From NCBI GenBank assembly GCA_035540955.1, contig DATLFP010000252.1, forward strand, positions 22,884 through 86,883: a stretch of 64,000 bases of DNA, in the 5' to 3' direction. A program made the translations under genes and the position numbers. Each line of letters starts with the position of its first letter. Position 1 is the first letter of the stretch. The stretch comes from Acidimicrobiales bacterium (GTDB taxonomy: Bacteria; Actinomycetota; Acidimicrobiia; Acidimicrobiales; CADCSY01). The notes under the pieces were generated by a model, which did not search any database, was not told the origin of the DNA, and saw nothing but the letters and a program-made list of their open reading frames with translations. Positions 10,713-19,752 of the stretch are shown piece after piece.

Positions 10713-11500
10713 GCGTCGGCGATCGCGGCTGCGTGGTCATGGGGGTGCTCAACGTCACCCCCGACTCCTTCTCCGACGGCGGCCGGTACCTCAACCCCGA
10801 GGCGGCCTTCGCCCATGGGCTCGCCATGTGGCGCGACGGGGCGGCGTGGATCGATGTGGGGGGTGAGTCGACCCGGCCGGGCGCGGCGCCCGTCGACGCC
10901 GCCGAGGAGGCTCGGCGAGTCGTGCCCGTCGTGCACGCCCTGGTCGCGGCGGGCGCGCGCGTCTCGATCGACACTCGCCGGGCGTCCGTCGCCGAGGCGG
11001 CCATCGCCGCCGGCGCCGGCATGGTGAACGACGTGTCGGCCTCGCTGCACCGCGTCGCCGCCGCCGCCGGCGTCCCCTGGGTCGCCATGCACATGCAGGG
11101 CGAGCCGGGGTCCATGCAGGACGAGCCGCGGTACGGGGATGTCGTCGCCGAGGTCGGCACCTTCCTCCGAGAGCGAGCCGCGGCGGCGCTCGACGCCGGC
11201 GTCCCCGAGGTCTGGATCGACCCCGGGATCGGCTTCGGCAAGACCGTGGCCCACAACCTGAGCCTCCTCCGCCACCTGCCCGAGCTGGTCGAATCCGGGC
11301 ATCCCGTCCTGGTCGGAACCAGCCGCAAGCGGTTCATCGGGGCCCTCACCGGCGGCGCCGCCGAGGACGATCGCCTGGAGGGAACCCTGGCAACCTGCGT
11401 CTGGGCAGCCGCCGCAGGGGCCAAGATGGTGCGGGTCCACGACGTCGCCCCCACGGTGGAGGCGATGCGGATCACCCAGCAGGAGGTCGACCTGACGTGA
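10709..11500 (+). CDS. folP: dihydropteroate synthase
   Basis: ORF 10205..11500 trimmed to ATG 10709. VMGVLNVTPDSFSDGG, IDVGGESTRPGA, VSIDT, NDVS, GFGKT, SRKRFIG. Confidence 0.9.
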   Translation: MSVGDRGCVVMGVLNVTPDSFSDGGRYLNPEAAFAHGLAMWRDGAAWIDVGGESTRPGAAPVDAAEEARRVVPVVHALVAAGARVSIDTRRASVAEAAIAAGAGMVNDVSASLHRVAAAAGVPWVAMHMQGEPGSMQDEPRYGDVVAEVGTFLRERAAAALDAGVPEVWIDPGIGFGKTVAHNLSLLRHLPELVESGHPVLVGTSRKRFIGALTGGAAEDDRLEGTLATCVWAAAAGAKMVRVHDVAPTVEAMRITQQEVDLT

Positions 11501-11997
11501 AGGGGAAGTGGGCGGCGGGGATCGTGCCCCGCTACTTCACCTGGATCATCACCGACCACCTCGCGATCTGCGAGCGGCTCGGTGGCTACGGCTCCAACCA
11601 CCGGAAGGTGCGGCGCCAGGAGGAGATCATCTGGGTGCGCGAGCAGGGGTTCACCCGCATCGTGAGCCTGCTGCCGTCGCCCCACAACCTGCATCACTAC
11701 GAGGAGCTCGGGGTGGCGTACCGGCACCTGCCGTTCGGGCCCCACGACGACCCGACCGAGGTGCTGCCCCCGATCTGGGACGACCTGCAGGCGCAGCTCG
11801 CCGCCGGCGACAAGCTCATCGTCCACCACGACGAGCTGGGCGATCGCCTCCTCGGGGTGATGGGTGGCTACCTGATCCGCACGGGTCTCGTGCCCGAGCC
11901 GCCCCGGGCCACGGCGATGATCGAGAAGCTCGTCGAGCGCCAGATGGGCCCGGCGGGCCGCGAGCTGGTGGCGGTGGCGGCTCGTGGGCGGCCCTGA
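11497..11997 (+). CDS. PTP/dual-specificity-phosphatase-like protein lacking the catalytic cysteine (HCX5R replaced by HHDELGDR)
   Basis: GTGA overlap with the folP stop; its 3' end overlaps the folB start by 14 nt. P-loop-like LIVHHDELGDRLLGVMGGYLI at aa 107-127 and an acid-loop-like HLPFGPHDDP. Fold call is by motif pattern only. Confidence 0.5.
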   Translation: MKGKWAAGIVPRYFTWIITDHLAICERLGGYGSNHRKVRRQEEIIWVREQGFTRIVSLLPSPHNLHHYEELGVAYRHLPFGPHDDPTEVLPPIWDDLQAQLAAGDKLIVHHDELGDRLLGVMGGYLIRTGLVPEPPRATAMIEKLVERQMGPAGRELVAVAARGRP

Positions 11998-12352
11998 CCA
12001 CATCGAGCTGCGGGGCCTGCGGATCGAGGCCATCTGCGGCGTGCTGCCCCACGAGCGGACCACGCCCCAACCGCTCGAGCTCGACGTCGACCTCGAGGTC
12101 GACCTCGGTCCCGCGGGGATGACCGATGACCTAGCGGCGACCGTGGACTACGGGGCGGTCACCACCGAGGTCGAGCGGGTGGCGACGACGGCGCGACCGC
12201 AGCTGCTCGAGCACCTCGCGTCGCAGGTCGCCGCCGCCGTCCTCGCCGGCGACCGCCGGATCGCGGCGGTGACCGTTGCCGTGCGCAAGCTCGAGCCGCC
12301 CGTCGCCCAACGGCTGTCGACGGCCGGGGTGCGGATCCGCCGGGTCCGGTGA
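11984..12352 (+). CDS. folB: dihydroneopterin aldolase
   Basis: IELRGLRIEAICGVLPHERTTPQPLELDVDL...DYGAV... typical FolB. Position between folP and folK. Confidence 0.85.
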   Translation: MGGPDHIELRGLRIEAICGVLPHERTTPQPLELDVDLEVDLGPAGMTDDLAATVDYGAVTTEVERVATTARPQLLEHLASQVAAAVLAGDRRIAAVTVAVRKLEPPVAQRLSTAGVRIRRVR

Positions 12353-12792
12353 CGCGCGCCTTCCTCGCCCTCGGGTCGAACCTCGGCGACCGCGGGCAGC
12401 ACCTGCGGGACGCGGTGGCGGCCATGCCCGACGTCGTGGCGGTGTCGCCGGTCTACGAGACGGGCCCGGTCGGCGACCCCGACCAGGGTCGATACCTCAA
12501 CGCGGTGGTCGAGCTCGACACCGAACGCACGCCGAGGCAGCTGCTCGAGCTGTGCGGCGAGCTAGAGCGCGCGGCCAAGCGCGTGCGCACGCGCCGCTGG
12601 GGCCCGCGCACGCTCGACGTGGACGTGCTGCTCGTCGGCGACGAGGTCGTCGACGAGCCCGACCTGCAGGTCCCCCACCCGCGGATGTGGGAACGGGCGT
12701 TCGTGCTCGTGCCACTGGCCGACCTCGCGCCCGATCTGGTGCCCGATCCGCCGACCGACGAAGGAGTCGTGCGGGTCGACGGGGTACTCTGA
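12349..12792 (+). CDS. folK: 2-amino-4-hydroxy-6-hydroxymethyldihydropteridine diphosphokinase
   Basis: AFLALGSNLGDR, PVYETGPVG, RWGPRTLDVDVL, HPRMWERAFVLVPL. 4-nt overlap with folB. Confidence 0.9.
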   Translation: MTRAFLALGSNLGDRGQHLRDAVAAMPDVVAVSPVYETGPVGDPDQGRYLNAVVELDTERTPRQLLELCGELERAAKRVRTRRWGPRTLDVDVLLVGDEVVDEPDLQVPHPRMWERAFVLVPLADLAPDLVPDPPTDEGVVRVDGVL

Positions 12793-12860
12793 GGGGGAGC
12801 GAACGGCACCCACGACCCGGGTTCACCGGGCCGGGGGCCGGAACGTGGAGAGGAAGCCCG

Positions 12861-13562
12861 TTGCCCACCCTGCGCGTCATCGGGCCCGGACGAGCCGGGA
12901 CCGCGGTGTCGAGAGCCCTCGAGGCGAGCGGCTGGACCGTCGCGGCCCCGCTCCGGCGGGGAGAGGATCACCGCGCCGCGGCTCGCGGCGTCGACCTCCT
13001 CCTCGTCGCGACGCCCGACGCCGCGGTCGCCGACGTGGCGAGCGCCGTCGCTCCCGAGCCCGAGACCGTCGTTGCCCACCTCGCCGGCAGCCTCGGTCTC
13101 GACGTGCTCGCGCCCCACCCCCGGCGGGCGTCGATCCACCCGCTCGTGAGCATCCCCGCGGGCACCACCGATGTGCGGGGCGCGTGGTTCGCCGTGGCGG
13201 GCGACGACCTCGCCGGCAAGGTGGTGGCCGACCTCGGCGGCCGGCCCGTCGTCGTCGAGGACGCGGCTCGAGCGACCCATCACGCGGCCGCCTGCATCGC
13301 GTCCAACCACCTGGTCGCCCTGCTCGGACAGGTGGAGCGGGTCGCGGCCGAAGCGGGCGTGCCGCTCGAGGCGTACCTCGACCTTGCACGACAGTCCCTC
13401 GAGAACGTCGCCGCCGTCGGGCCCCGAGCAGCCCTGACGGGGCCGGTCCGCCGGGGCGATCACGAGACGGTCGAGCGTCATCGGGCTGCCCTGGCCGCCG
13501 ACGAGGTGCCTGCGTACGACGCCATGGCCGCGCTCGCCCGCCGACTGGTGCCCGGCACGTGA
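12861..13562 (+). CDS. Rossmann-like / DUF2520 domain protein (putative oxidoreductase preceding panC)
   Basis: ORF 12276..13562 trimmed to TTG 12861, preceded by GGAGAGGA. N-terminal RVIGPGRAGTAV dinucleotide fold. C-terminal HHAAACIASNHLVAL...GPVRRGD resembles DUF2520. The same position upstream of panC occurs in mycobacteria. Confidence 0.65.
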   Translation: MPTLRVIGPGRAGTAVSRALEASGWTVAAPLRRGEDHRAAARGVDLLLVATPDAAVADVASAVAPEPETVVAHLAGSLGLDVLAPHPRRASIHPLVSIPAGTTDVRGAWFAVAGDDLAGKVVADLGGRPVVVEDAARATHHAAACIASNHLVALLGQVERVAAEAGVPLEAYLDLARQSLENVAAVGPRAALTGPVRRGDHETVERHRAALAADEVPAYDAMAALARRLVPGT

Positions 13563-14458
13563 TCGAGGTCCACGAGACCATCGCCGACCTGCGGGCGGCG
13601 CTGGAGTCGACCCGCCGCGCCGGGCGCAGCGTCGGCCTGGTGCCGACGATGGGCGCCCTGCACGCCGGCCACGCCTCGCTGATCACCCGGGCGGCATCCG
13701 ACTGCGACGTGGTGGTCGTCACCGTCTTCGTGAACCCGCTGCAGTTCGGTGCCGGTGAGGACCTCGGCGCCTACCCGCGCTCGCTCGCGGCCGACATCTT
13801 CCTCGCCGACGAGAGTGGCGCCGCCCACGTGTTCGCGCCGTCCACCGGGGAGATGTACGGCGCCGGCCCGGTGACCACGGTGGCGGTCGACGGGCCCCTC
13901 ACGAACGTGCTCGAGGGTGCGAGCCGGCCCACGCACTTCGACGGGGTCACCACCGTCGTCGCCAAGCTGTTCGCCATCGTCGGAGCATGCAGCGCCTACT
14001 TCGGTGAGAAGGACTTCCAGCAGCTCGCCGTCGTGCGGCGGATGACCGCCGATCTCTCCTTCCCCGTGCGCGTGGTGGGCTGCCCGACGGTGCGCGATCC
14101 CGACGGGCTCGCGCTGTCGTCCCGCAACGCCTACCTCGAGCCCGACGAACGCCGCGTGGCACCGCTCCTGCACCGCTCGCTCGTGGCGGGCGCCGACTGC
14201 ATCAGGGGCGGCGAGCGCCAGCCGGCCGCCGTCACCGAGGCCATGGCATCGGTCATCGCCACCGAGCCGATGTTCGACCCCGACTACGTGGCCGTCGTCG
14301 ACGCCGCCACCTTCGAGACACCCGATCCACTCGAGGGGGACCTGCGGCTGCTCGCCGCCGCCCGCCTCGGCAAAGCCCGACTCATCGACAACCTGGGCGT
14401 GACCGTCTCCGCCGGCCCCAGCGGCCGACTCAGCGGGCAACACGGCGCGCACCGATAG
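13559..14458 (+). CDS. panC: pantoate--beta-alanine ligase
   Basis: ORF 12845..14458 trimmed to GTG 13559 (4-nt overlap with the upstream stop). VPTMGALHAGHASL, VFVNPLQF, FGEKDFQQL, LALSSRN. Confidence 0.9.
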   Translation: MIEVHETIADLRAALESTRRAGRSVGLVPTMGALHAGHASLITRAASDCDVVVVTVFVNPLQFGAGEDLGAYPRSLAADIFLADESGAAHVFAPSTGEMYGAGPVTTVAVDGPLTNVLEGASRPTHFDGVTTVVAKLFAIVGACSAYFGEKDFQQLAVVRRMTADLSFPVRVVGCPTVRDPDGLALSSRNAYLEPDERRVAPLLHRSLVAGADCIRGGERQPAAVTEAMASVIATEPMFDPDYVAVVDAATFETPDPLEGDLRLLAAARLGKARLIDNLGVTVSAGPSGRLSGQHGAHR

Positions 14459-14470
14459 GGGGTACCTGCC

Positions 14471-14860
14471 ATGCGCCGGCGCATGATGAAGTCCAAGATC
14501 CATCGAGCAACGGTCACCGGAGCCGACCTGCACTACATCGGGAGCATCTCGCTCGATCCCGACCTGATGGCGCTCGCCGACATCCGCGAGCACGAGCAGG
14601 TCGCGGTCCTCGACATCGACAACGGTGCCCGGTTCGAGACGTACGCGATCGTCGGCGAGACGGGAGAGGTGTGCCTCAACGGCGCCGCCGCCCGGCTCGT
14701 CGCGCCCGGCGATCGCGTGATCGTGATCACGTACGCCGACTACGAGGACGCCGAGCTCGACGGGTTCGAGCCGACCGTCGTGCACGTCGACACCGACAAC
14801 CGACCCGTCGATCCCAGCCTCGTGCCCCGGTCGCGCACGTACGTCGAGTTCCACGCGTGA
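14471..14860 (+). CDS. panD: aspartate 1-decarboxylase
   Basis: MMKSKIHRATVTGADLHYIGSISLD (Gly-Ser self-processing site), NGARFETY, NGAAARL. Confidence 0.95.
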   Translation: MRRRMMKSKIHRATVTGADLHYIGSISLDPDLMALADIREHEQVAVLDIDNGARFETYAIVGETGEVCLNGAAARLVAPGDRVIVITYADYEDAELDGFEPTVVHVDTDNRPVDPSLVPRSRTYVEFHA

Positions 14861-14864
14861 CCGG

Positions 14865-16505
14865 GTGCGGCCGGACGCTCCGCGCGGCGGCTGCGAGCGG
14901 GACCGGCGGCGCCACTACCGTCGCCCCGTGCCCGCCCCGCTCGACCTGCTGATCCTCGGCAGCGGCGTCGCCGGGCTCAGCGCCGCGGTCCGTGCCGCAG
15001 CCGGACCCGGCATGCGGGTCGGGGTCCTCGCCAAGGCCGAGCTCGAGCAGACCGCCACCCGCTGGGCGCAGGGCGGCGTGGCCGCCGCGCTGTCGACCGA
15101 GGAGGACTCGACCGACCTCCACCTGGCCGACACCATCGCGGCCGGCGCCGGGCTGTGCGACGTCGACGCCGTGCGCGTGCTCGTCGAGCAGGGGCCGACG
15201 CGGGTGCAGGACCTCATCGCGCTCGGCGCCGTGTTCGACACCGACAACGAGGGCAACCTCCTGCGGGCGCGCGAGGGCGGTCACTCCATGCCCCGCATCG
15301 TCCACGCGGGAGGTGCGGCCACCGGCTGGGAGATCGAGCGGGCCCTCGTCGCCGCCGTGCACGAGACGGCCGCCGCGGTGTTCGAGCGATGGTTCGTGCT
15401 GGACCTTCTCGTCGAAGGCGGTCGGTGCCGCGGCATCGTGGCCCTCGACGAGCACGGCGGGCGTCAAGAGGTGCGGGCGAGCAACGTGCTCGTCGCCACC
15501 GGCGGCGCCGGCCAGCTGTACTCGGTGACGACGAACCCGGTCCAGGCCACCGGCGACGCCGTGGCGATGGGCCTGCGCGGCGGGGTCGCGGTCGCCGACA
15601 TCGAGTTCATGCAGTTCCACCCCACCGCGCTGCACCACCCGTCGATGCCCCGTCCGCTGCTGTCCGAGGCGCTGCGGGGCCACGGCGCGCTCCTCCGCGA
15701 CAGCGACGGCGAGCGGTTCGTGGACGAGCTGCTGCCGCGCGACCAGGTCAGCCGGGCGATGACGGCCCGCATGCTGGAGCACGGGGTCGACCACCTCTGG
15801 CTCGACGCGACCGGCCTCGAGCAGTTCGGCGCCCGGTTCCCGACGATCAGCGCCACCCTGCGGGAGGTGGGCCTCGACCCCGCCACCGACTGGCTGCCGA
15901 TCGCCCCGGCCGCCCACTACGTGTCGGGCGGGTTGGTCACCGACCTCGACGGGGCCACCTCGCTGCCGGGCCTCTGGGCCGCCGGCGAGGCGGCGTGCAC
16001 CGGCGTGCACGGTGCCAACCGGCTGGCGTCGAACTCGCTGCTGGAGGGGATGGTGTTCGCCCCCCTCGTGGTCGAGGCCATCGACGCCGGGCGGGACGGG
16101 CCGGTCCCGACCGGGGCCATGCGAGCGGTGTTGGGCGGCGACCAGACCGCCATCCCCGGCCGGCCCCTCTCGGTGCGCCTGCCGCGTCCGGTCGACGTCG
16201 ACGCCGCGCCCGAGGCCGCACCGAAGCTCCGTGACCGGCTCCAACGGTCGATGACGGCGGGGGCCGGCGTGCTGCGCTCGGCGGCGTCGCTCGCCGCGAC
16301 GCGGGCCGCGATCGACGAGATCGCTGCGGCGATGCTGGCCAGCGGCGAGACTGCTCCCGAGATGGCCGAGCTCCGGAACCTCCTCGACGTGGCCGCCGCG
16401 CTGGTCGCCGCCGCCGATGCCCGCACGGAGAGCCGCGGCAACCACTGGCGGTCGGACTACCCCGACACCGATCCCGCGCTGCGGGCGCGTCTGGTGGCGT
16501 CGTGA
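14865..16505 (+). CDS. nadB: L-aspartate oxidase
   Basis: FAD fold DLLILGSGVAGLSAA, RWAQGG, FMQFHPTAL, GLWAAGEAACTGVHGANRLASNSLLEG. Start is uncertain; in-frame GTG 14928 is an alternative. Confidence 0.9.
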   Translation: MRPDAPRGGCERDRRRHYRRPVPAPLDLLILGSGVAGLSAAVRAAAGPGMRVGVLAKAELEQTATRWAQGGVAAALSTEEDSTDLHLADTIAAGAGLCDVDAVRVLVEQGPTRVQDLIALGAVFDTDNEGNLLRAREGGHSMPRIVHAGGAATGWEIERALVAAVHETAAAVFERWFVLDLLVEGGRCRGIVALDEHGGRQEVRASNVLVATGGAGQLYSVTTNPVQATGDAVAMGLRGGVAVADIEFMQFHPTALHHPSMPRPLLSEALRGHGALLRDSDGERFVDELLPRDQVSRAMTARMLEHGVDHLWLDATGLEQFGARFPTISATLREVGLDPATDWLPIAPAAHYVSGGLVTDLDGATSLPGLWAAGEAACTGVHGANRLASNSLLEGMVFAPLVVEAIDAGRDGPVPTGAMRAVLGGDQTAIPGRPLSVRLPRPVDVDAAPEAAPKLRDRLQRSMTAGAGVLRSAASLAATRAAIDEIAAAMLASGETAPEMAELRNLLDVAAALVAAADARTESRGNHWRSDYPDTDPALRARLVAS

Positions 16506-17359
16506 GCCGCGAGCCGAACGAGCTCGACCCCCCGGTCACCGCCGTGCGCGCCGCGGTGACCCGGGCGCTGGCCGAGGACCTCGAGCCGCTCGGTGACGTC
16601 ACGTCCGCGATCCTGCCGGCCGACCTGGGCGGCGGCGCCCGCATCGTCGCCCGCGACGAGGGCGTGCTGGCGGGGACGGCGAGCGCAGAGGAGACCTTCC
16701 GCCAGGTGGACCGCCGGATCACCGTGGAGTGGACCTGCGGGGACGGCGCCACCGTGAACGCCGGCGAGACCATCGCCACGGTCATCGGGCCGCTCACGTC
16801 GATCCTGACGGCGGAGCGCACGGTGCTCAACTTCCTCGGTCACCTCTCGGGCATCGCCTCGCTCACCCGCCGCTACGTCCGTGCCGCCCACGGCGGGGCC
16901 CGCATCTGGGACACCCGCAAGACGACACCGGGGCTGCGGGCGCTCGAGAAGGCCGCGGTGCGGGCCGGGGGCGGCATGAACCATCGCGGCAACCTCTCGG
17001 AGTGGGTGCTGATCAAGGACAACCACCTCGGCGACATCACCATCGCCGAGGCCGTCCGCCGGGCCCGGTTGCGGTGGCCGGGACGCACGGTGCAGGTCGA
17101 GGCCGACCGGCTGAACCAGGTGCGGGAGGCCATCGAAGCCGACGCCGACATCGTGCTGCTCGACAACATGGCGCCCGACCAGGTCACCTTCTGCGTCGAG
17201 CTGCGCGGCGATCGCTCGCGACCCCTGCTCGAGGTCTCCGGCGGCGTCACGCTGCAGACGGTCTCGGACTACGCCGCGTCCGGTGTCGATCTGATCTCGG
17301 TCGGCGCGATCACCAACTCCGCCCCCGTGCTCGACATCGGCCTCGACCTCGACCACTGA
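16502..17359 (+). CDS. nadC: nicotinate-nucleotide (quinolinate) pyrophosphorylase
   Basis: ERTVLNFLGHLSGIA, DTRKTTPGLR, GGGMNHRGNLSEWVLIKDNH, LLDNM. 4-nt overlap with nadB. Confidence 0.9.
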   Translation: MSREPNELDPPVTAVRAAVTRALAEDLEPLGDVTSAILPADLGGGARIVARDEGVLAGTASAEETFRQVDRRITVEWTCGDGATVNAGETIATVIGPLTSILTAERTVLNFLGHLSGIASLTRRYVRAAHGGARIWDTRKTTPGLRALEKAAVRAGGGMNHRGNLSEWVLIKDNHLGDITIAEAVRRARLRWPGRTVQVEADRLNQVREAIEADADIVLLDNMAPDQVTFCVELRGDRSRPLLEVSGGVTLQTVSDYAASGVDLISVGAITNSAPVLDIGLDLDH

Positions 17360-17447
17360 CGGTGTTGATGGTCTCGCTCCGCAGGCTCCGCTCGACTGCC
17401 GGACCGCCGTCCGGCCCTGCAGTCTGCGCGCCGGAGACTGGTCACTG

Positions 17448-18224
17448 ATGCTCCTTGCGATCGATGTCGGCAACAGCGAGACGGTCATCGGGTTGTTCGA
17501 GGACCCGCCGTCCTCGGAGCTCGTCGACCACTGGCGGGTGGCGACGATCGTCGAGCGCACCTCCGACGAGCTCGCGCTCCTCGTCCAGGAGTTCCTCGCG
17601 TTCCACGGGTTCAGCTTCGACACCGACGTCGCCGGTGTGGCCGTGTGCTCCGGCGTTCCCCGTGTCACCGGCGCCCTCCGCCAGATGACCGAGCGCTACT
17701 TCGGGTTCCCCGCGGTGGTGCTCGAAGCGGGCGTGAAGACCGGGATGCCGATCCTCTATGACAACCCCAAGGAGGTGGCCGCCGACCGCATCGCCAACGC
17801 GGTGGGCGCCCTCGAGCGCTACGACCCGCCGATCATCGTGGTCGACTTCTCCTCGACCGCCACCATCTTCGACGCCATCTCGGCCAAGGCCGAGTACCTC
17901 GGCGGCACGATCATGCCGGGTGTCGAGGTCTCCCTCGACGCGCTCGTCGGCCGGGCGGCCATGCTCCGGCGCGTCGAGCTCGTCGAACCTCGCAGCGTGA
18001 TCGGCCGCAGCGTCGTCGAGTCCATCCAGGCCGGCGTCGTGTACGGCACCGTCGATGCCGTCGACGGGGTGGTGCGCCGGTTCCAGGCGGAGCTCGGCGA
18101 GTGCACCGTGGTGGCCACCGGCGGGCTGGCGGAGCTGGTCGGACCGCTGTCGGGCACGATCCAGCATCACGAGCCGTGGCTGACCCTCCTCGGTCTCCGC
18201 ACCATCTTCGAGAAGAACACCTGA
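17448..18224 (+). CDS. coaX: type III pantothenate kinase
   Basis: MLLAIDVGNSETVIGLF, DNPKEVAADRIANAVGA, VVDFSSTATIFDAIS, ATGGLA. Confidence 0.9.
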   Translation: MLLAIDVGNSETVIGLFEDPPSSELVDHWRVATIVERTSDELALLVQEFLAFHGFSFDTDVAGVAVCSGVPRVTGALRQMTERYFGFPAVVLEAGVKTGMPILYDNPKEVAADRIANAVGALERYDPPIIVVDFSSTATIFDAISAKAEYLGGTIMPGVEVSLDALVGRAAMLRRVELVEPRSVIGRSVVESIQAGVVYGTVDAVDGVVRRFQAELGECTVVATGGLAELVGPLSGTIQHHEPWLTLLGLRTIFEKNT

Positions 18225-18226
18225 CC

Positions 18227-19663
18227 GTGACGCAGCCGTATCGCTTCGACAAGACCCACGACGTCGCCGCCGTGCGCGCCGCCCACGGCGGGCTCGAGCC
18301 GGGCGTCGAGACCGGCGAGACCGTCACCGTCGCCGGTCGGCTGATGCTCCGGCGCGAGCAGGGGAAGCTGGCGTTCGGCACGCTCCAGGACGCCACCGGT
18401 CGCATCCAGCTCTTCGCCCGCAGCGCCAGCTCACCCCGGTTCGAGGCGTTCACCAAGCTGTCGCTCGGCGACTGGATCGGCGTGACCGGCCAGGTCATGA
18501 CGACCCGCCGCGGGGAGCTGTCGGTCTCGGTGGACGACTGGACGATGCTGGCCGAGACGAAGCGACCCTTCCCCGACAAGTGGCACGGCATCAGCGACAC
18601 CGACATGCGCTATCGCCAGCGCTACGTCGACCTGTGGGTCACCGACGAGGCGCGCGAGGTCTTCCGCGTGCGCAGCGAGGTGATGCGTCTCACCCGCCGG
18701 TTCCTCGAGGGCCGCGGCTTCGTCGAGGTCGAGACGCCGGTGCTGCATCCGATCCCCGGTGGGGCCGCGGCCAAGCCCTTCGTCACGCATCACAACGCTC
18801 TCGACGAGGACCTCTACCTTCGCATCGCGCCCGAGCTGTACCTCAAGCGGCTCGTCGTGGGCGGCTACGAGAAGGTGTTCGAGCTGGGGCGGGTGTTCCG
18901 GAACGAGGGCATGGGCAACCGGTGGAACCCCGAGTTCACGATGCTCGAGCTCTACCAGGCGTACGCCGACTGGAACGACATGCAGTCGCTCACCGAGTCG
19001 CTGGTGGAGCACCTCGCACGGGAGATCACCGGTGGCACCGTCGTCCAGTGGGAGGGCAAGGACGTCGACCTGGCGGCGCCGTGGCGGCGCGCCACCATGA
19101 GCGACCTGATCGAGGAAGCCACCGGTGCTCGGGTCGACGTGCGCATGGACATCGACGAGGTGCGCAAGGTCTGCCTCGAGCACGGCGTCACCTTCGACCG
19201 CAACGACGGCATCGGCAAGCTCATCTACGAGCTCTACGAGAAGAAGGTCGAGACCGACCTCTGGCAGCCGACGTTCGTGCTCGGCTACCCGAAGGAGGTC
19301 TCACCGCTCTCACGTGACCATCGGGAGATGCCCGGTGAGGTCGAGCGGTTCGAGGCGGTGGCGACCGGTCGCGAGCTGGCGAACGCCTTCAGCGAGCTCA
19401 CCGACCCGATCGACCAGCGGGCCCGGTTCGAGGAGCAGGCGAAGGCCAAGGAGGCGGGCGACGAGGAGGCGATGTCGGTCGACGACGACTACATCCGAGC
19501 CCTCGAGTACGGGTTGCCGCCCACCGGCGGGATGGGCCTGGGCATCGATCGGGTCGTGCAGCTGCTCACCGGCACCACGACGATCAAGGACGTGATCCTC
19601 TTCCCGACCCTCCGGCCCGAGCGGCCGTCTGAGCGGGAAGCACGACCCGAACAGCACGACTGA
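18227..19663 (+). CDS. lysS: lysine--tRNA ligase (class II)
   Basis: ORF 18101..19663 trimmed to GTG 18227, 2 nt after the coaX stop. OB-fold region VAGRLMLRREQGKLAFGTLQD, class II motifs FRNEG, ELYQAYAD, GLGIDRVV. Confidence 0.9.
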   Translation: MTQPYRFDKTHDVAAVRAAHGGLEPGVETGETVTVAGRLMLRREQGKLAFGTLQDATGRIQLFARSASSPRFEAFTKLSLGDWIGVTGQVMTTRRGELSVSVDDWTMLAETKRPFPDKWHGISDTDMRYRQRYVDLWVTDEAREVFRVRSEVMRLTRRFLEGRGFVEVETPVLHPIPGGAAAKPFVTHHNALDEDLYLRIAPELYLKRLVVGGYEKVFELGRVFRNEGMGNRWNPEFTMLELYQAYADWNDMQSLTESLVEHLAREITGGTVVQWEGKDVDLAAPWRRATMSDLIEEATGARVDVRMDIDEVRKVCLEHGVTFDRNDGIGKLIYELYEKKVETDLWQPTFVLGYPKEVSPLSRDHREMPGEVERFEAVATGRELANAFSELTDPIDQRARFEEQAKAKEAGDEEAMSVDDDYIRALEYGLPPTGGMGLGIDRVVQLLTGTTTIKDVILFPTLRPERPSEREARPEQHD

Positions 19664-19667
19664 CTCC

Positions 19668-19717
19668 GTTCTGGGACCGTTTCGGTACGCCGGGGGATGG
19701 TCGAACGGTCCCAGTTC
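19668..19717. repeat. 50-nt palindromic element GTTCTGGGACCG...CGGTCCCAGTTC (repeat copy C; probable lysS terminator)
   Basis: Starts 5 nt after the lysS stop. 11-bp perfect stem CTGGGACCGTT/AACGGTCCCAG. Shares the 12-nt 5' end GTTCTGGGACCG with 41414..41462. Confidence 0.6.
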
Positions 19718-19752
19718 GGCGGTCGGTGTCGGGCAGGGCCTAGGTTCGCTGC

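Noticed and set aside
17394-17440. Two overlapping hairpins between nadC and coaX as a terminator/antiterminator switch
   Set aside because: The second stem is only 6 bp (CAGTCT/AGACTG). There is no leader peptide or known riboswitch fold. Most simply this is a nadC terminator, and I mention it only in passing.
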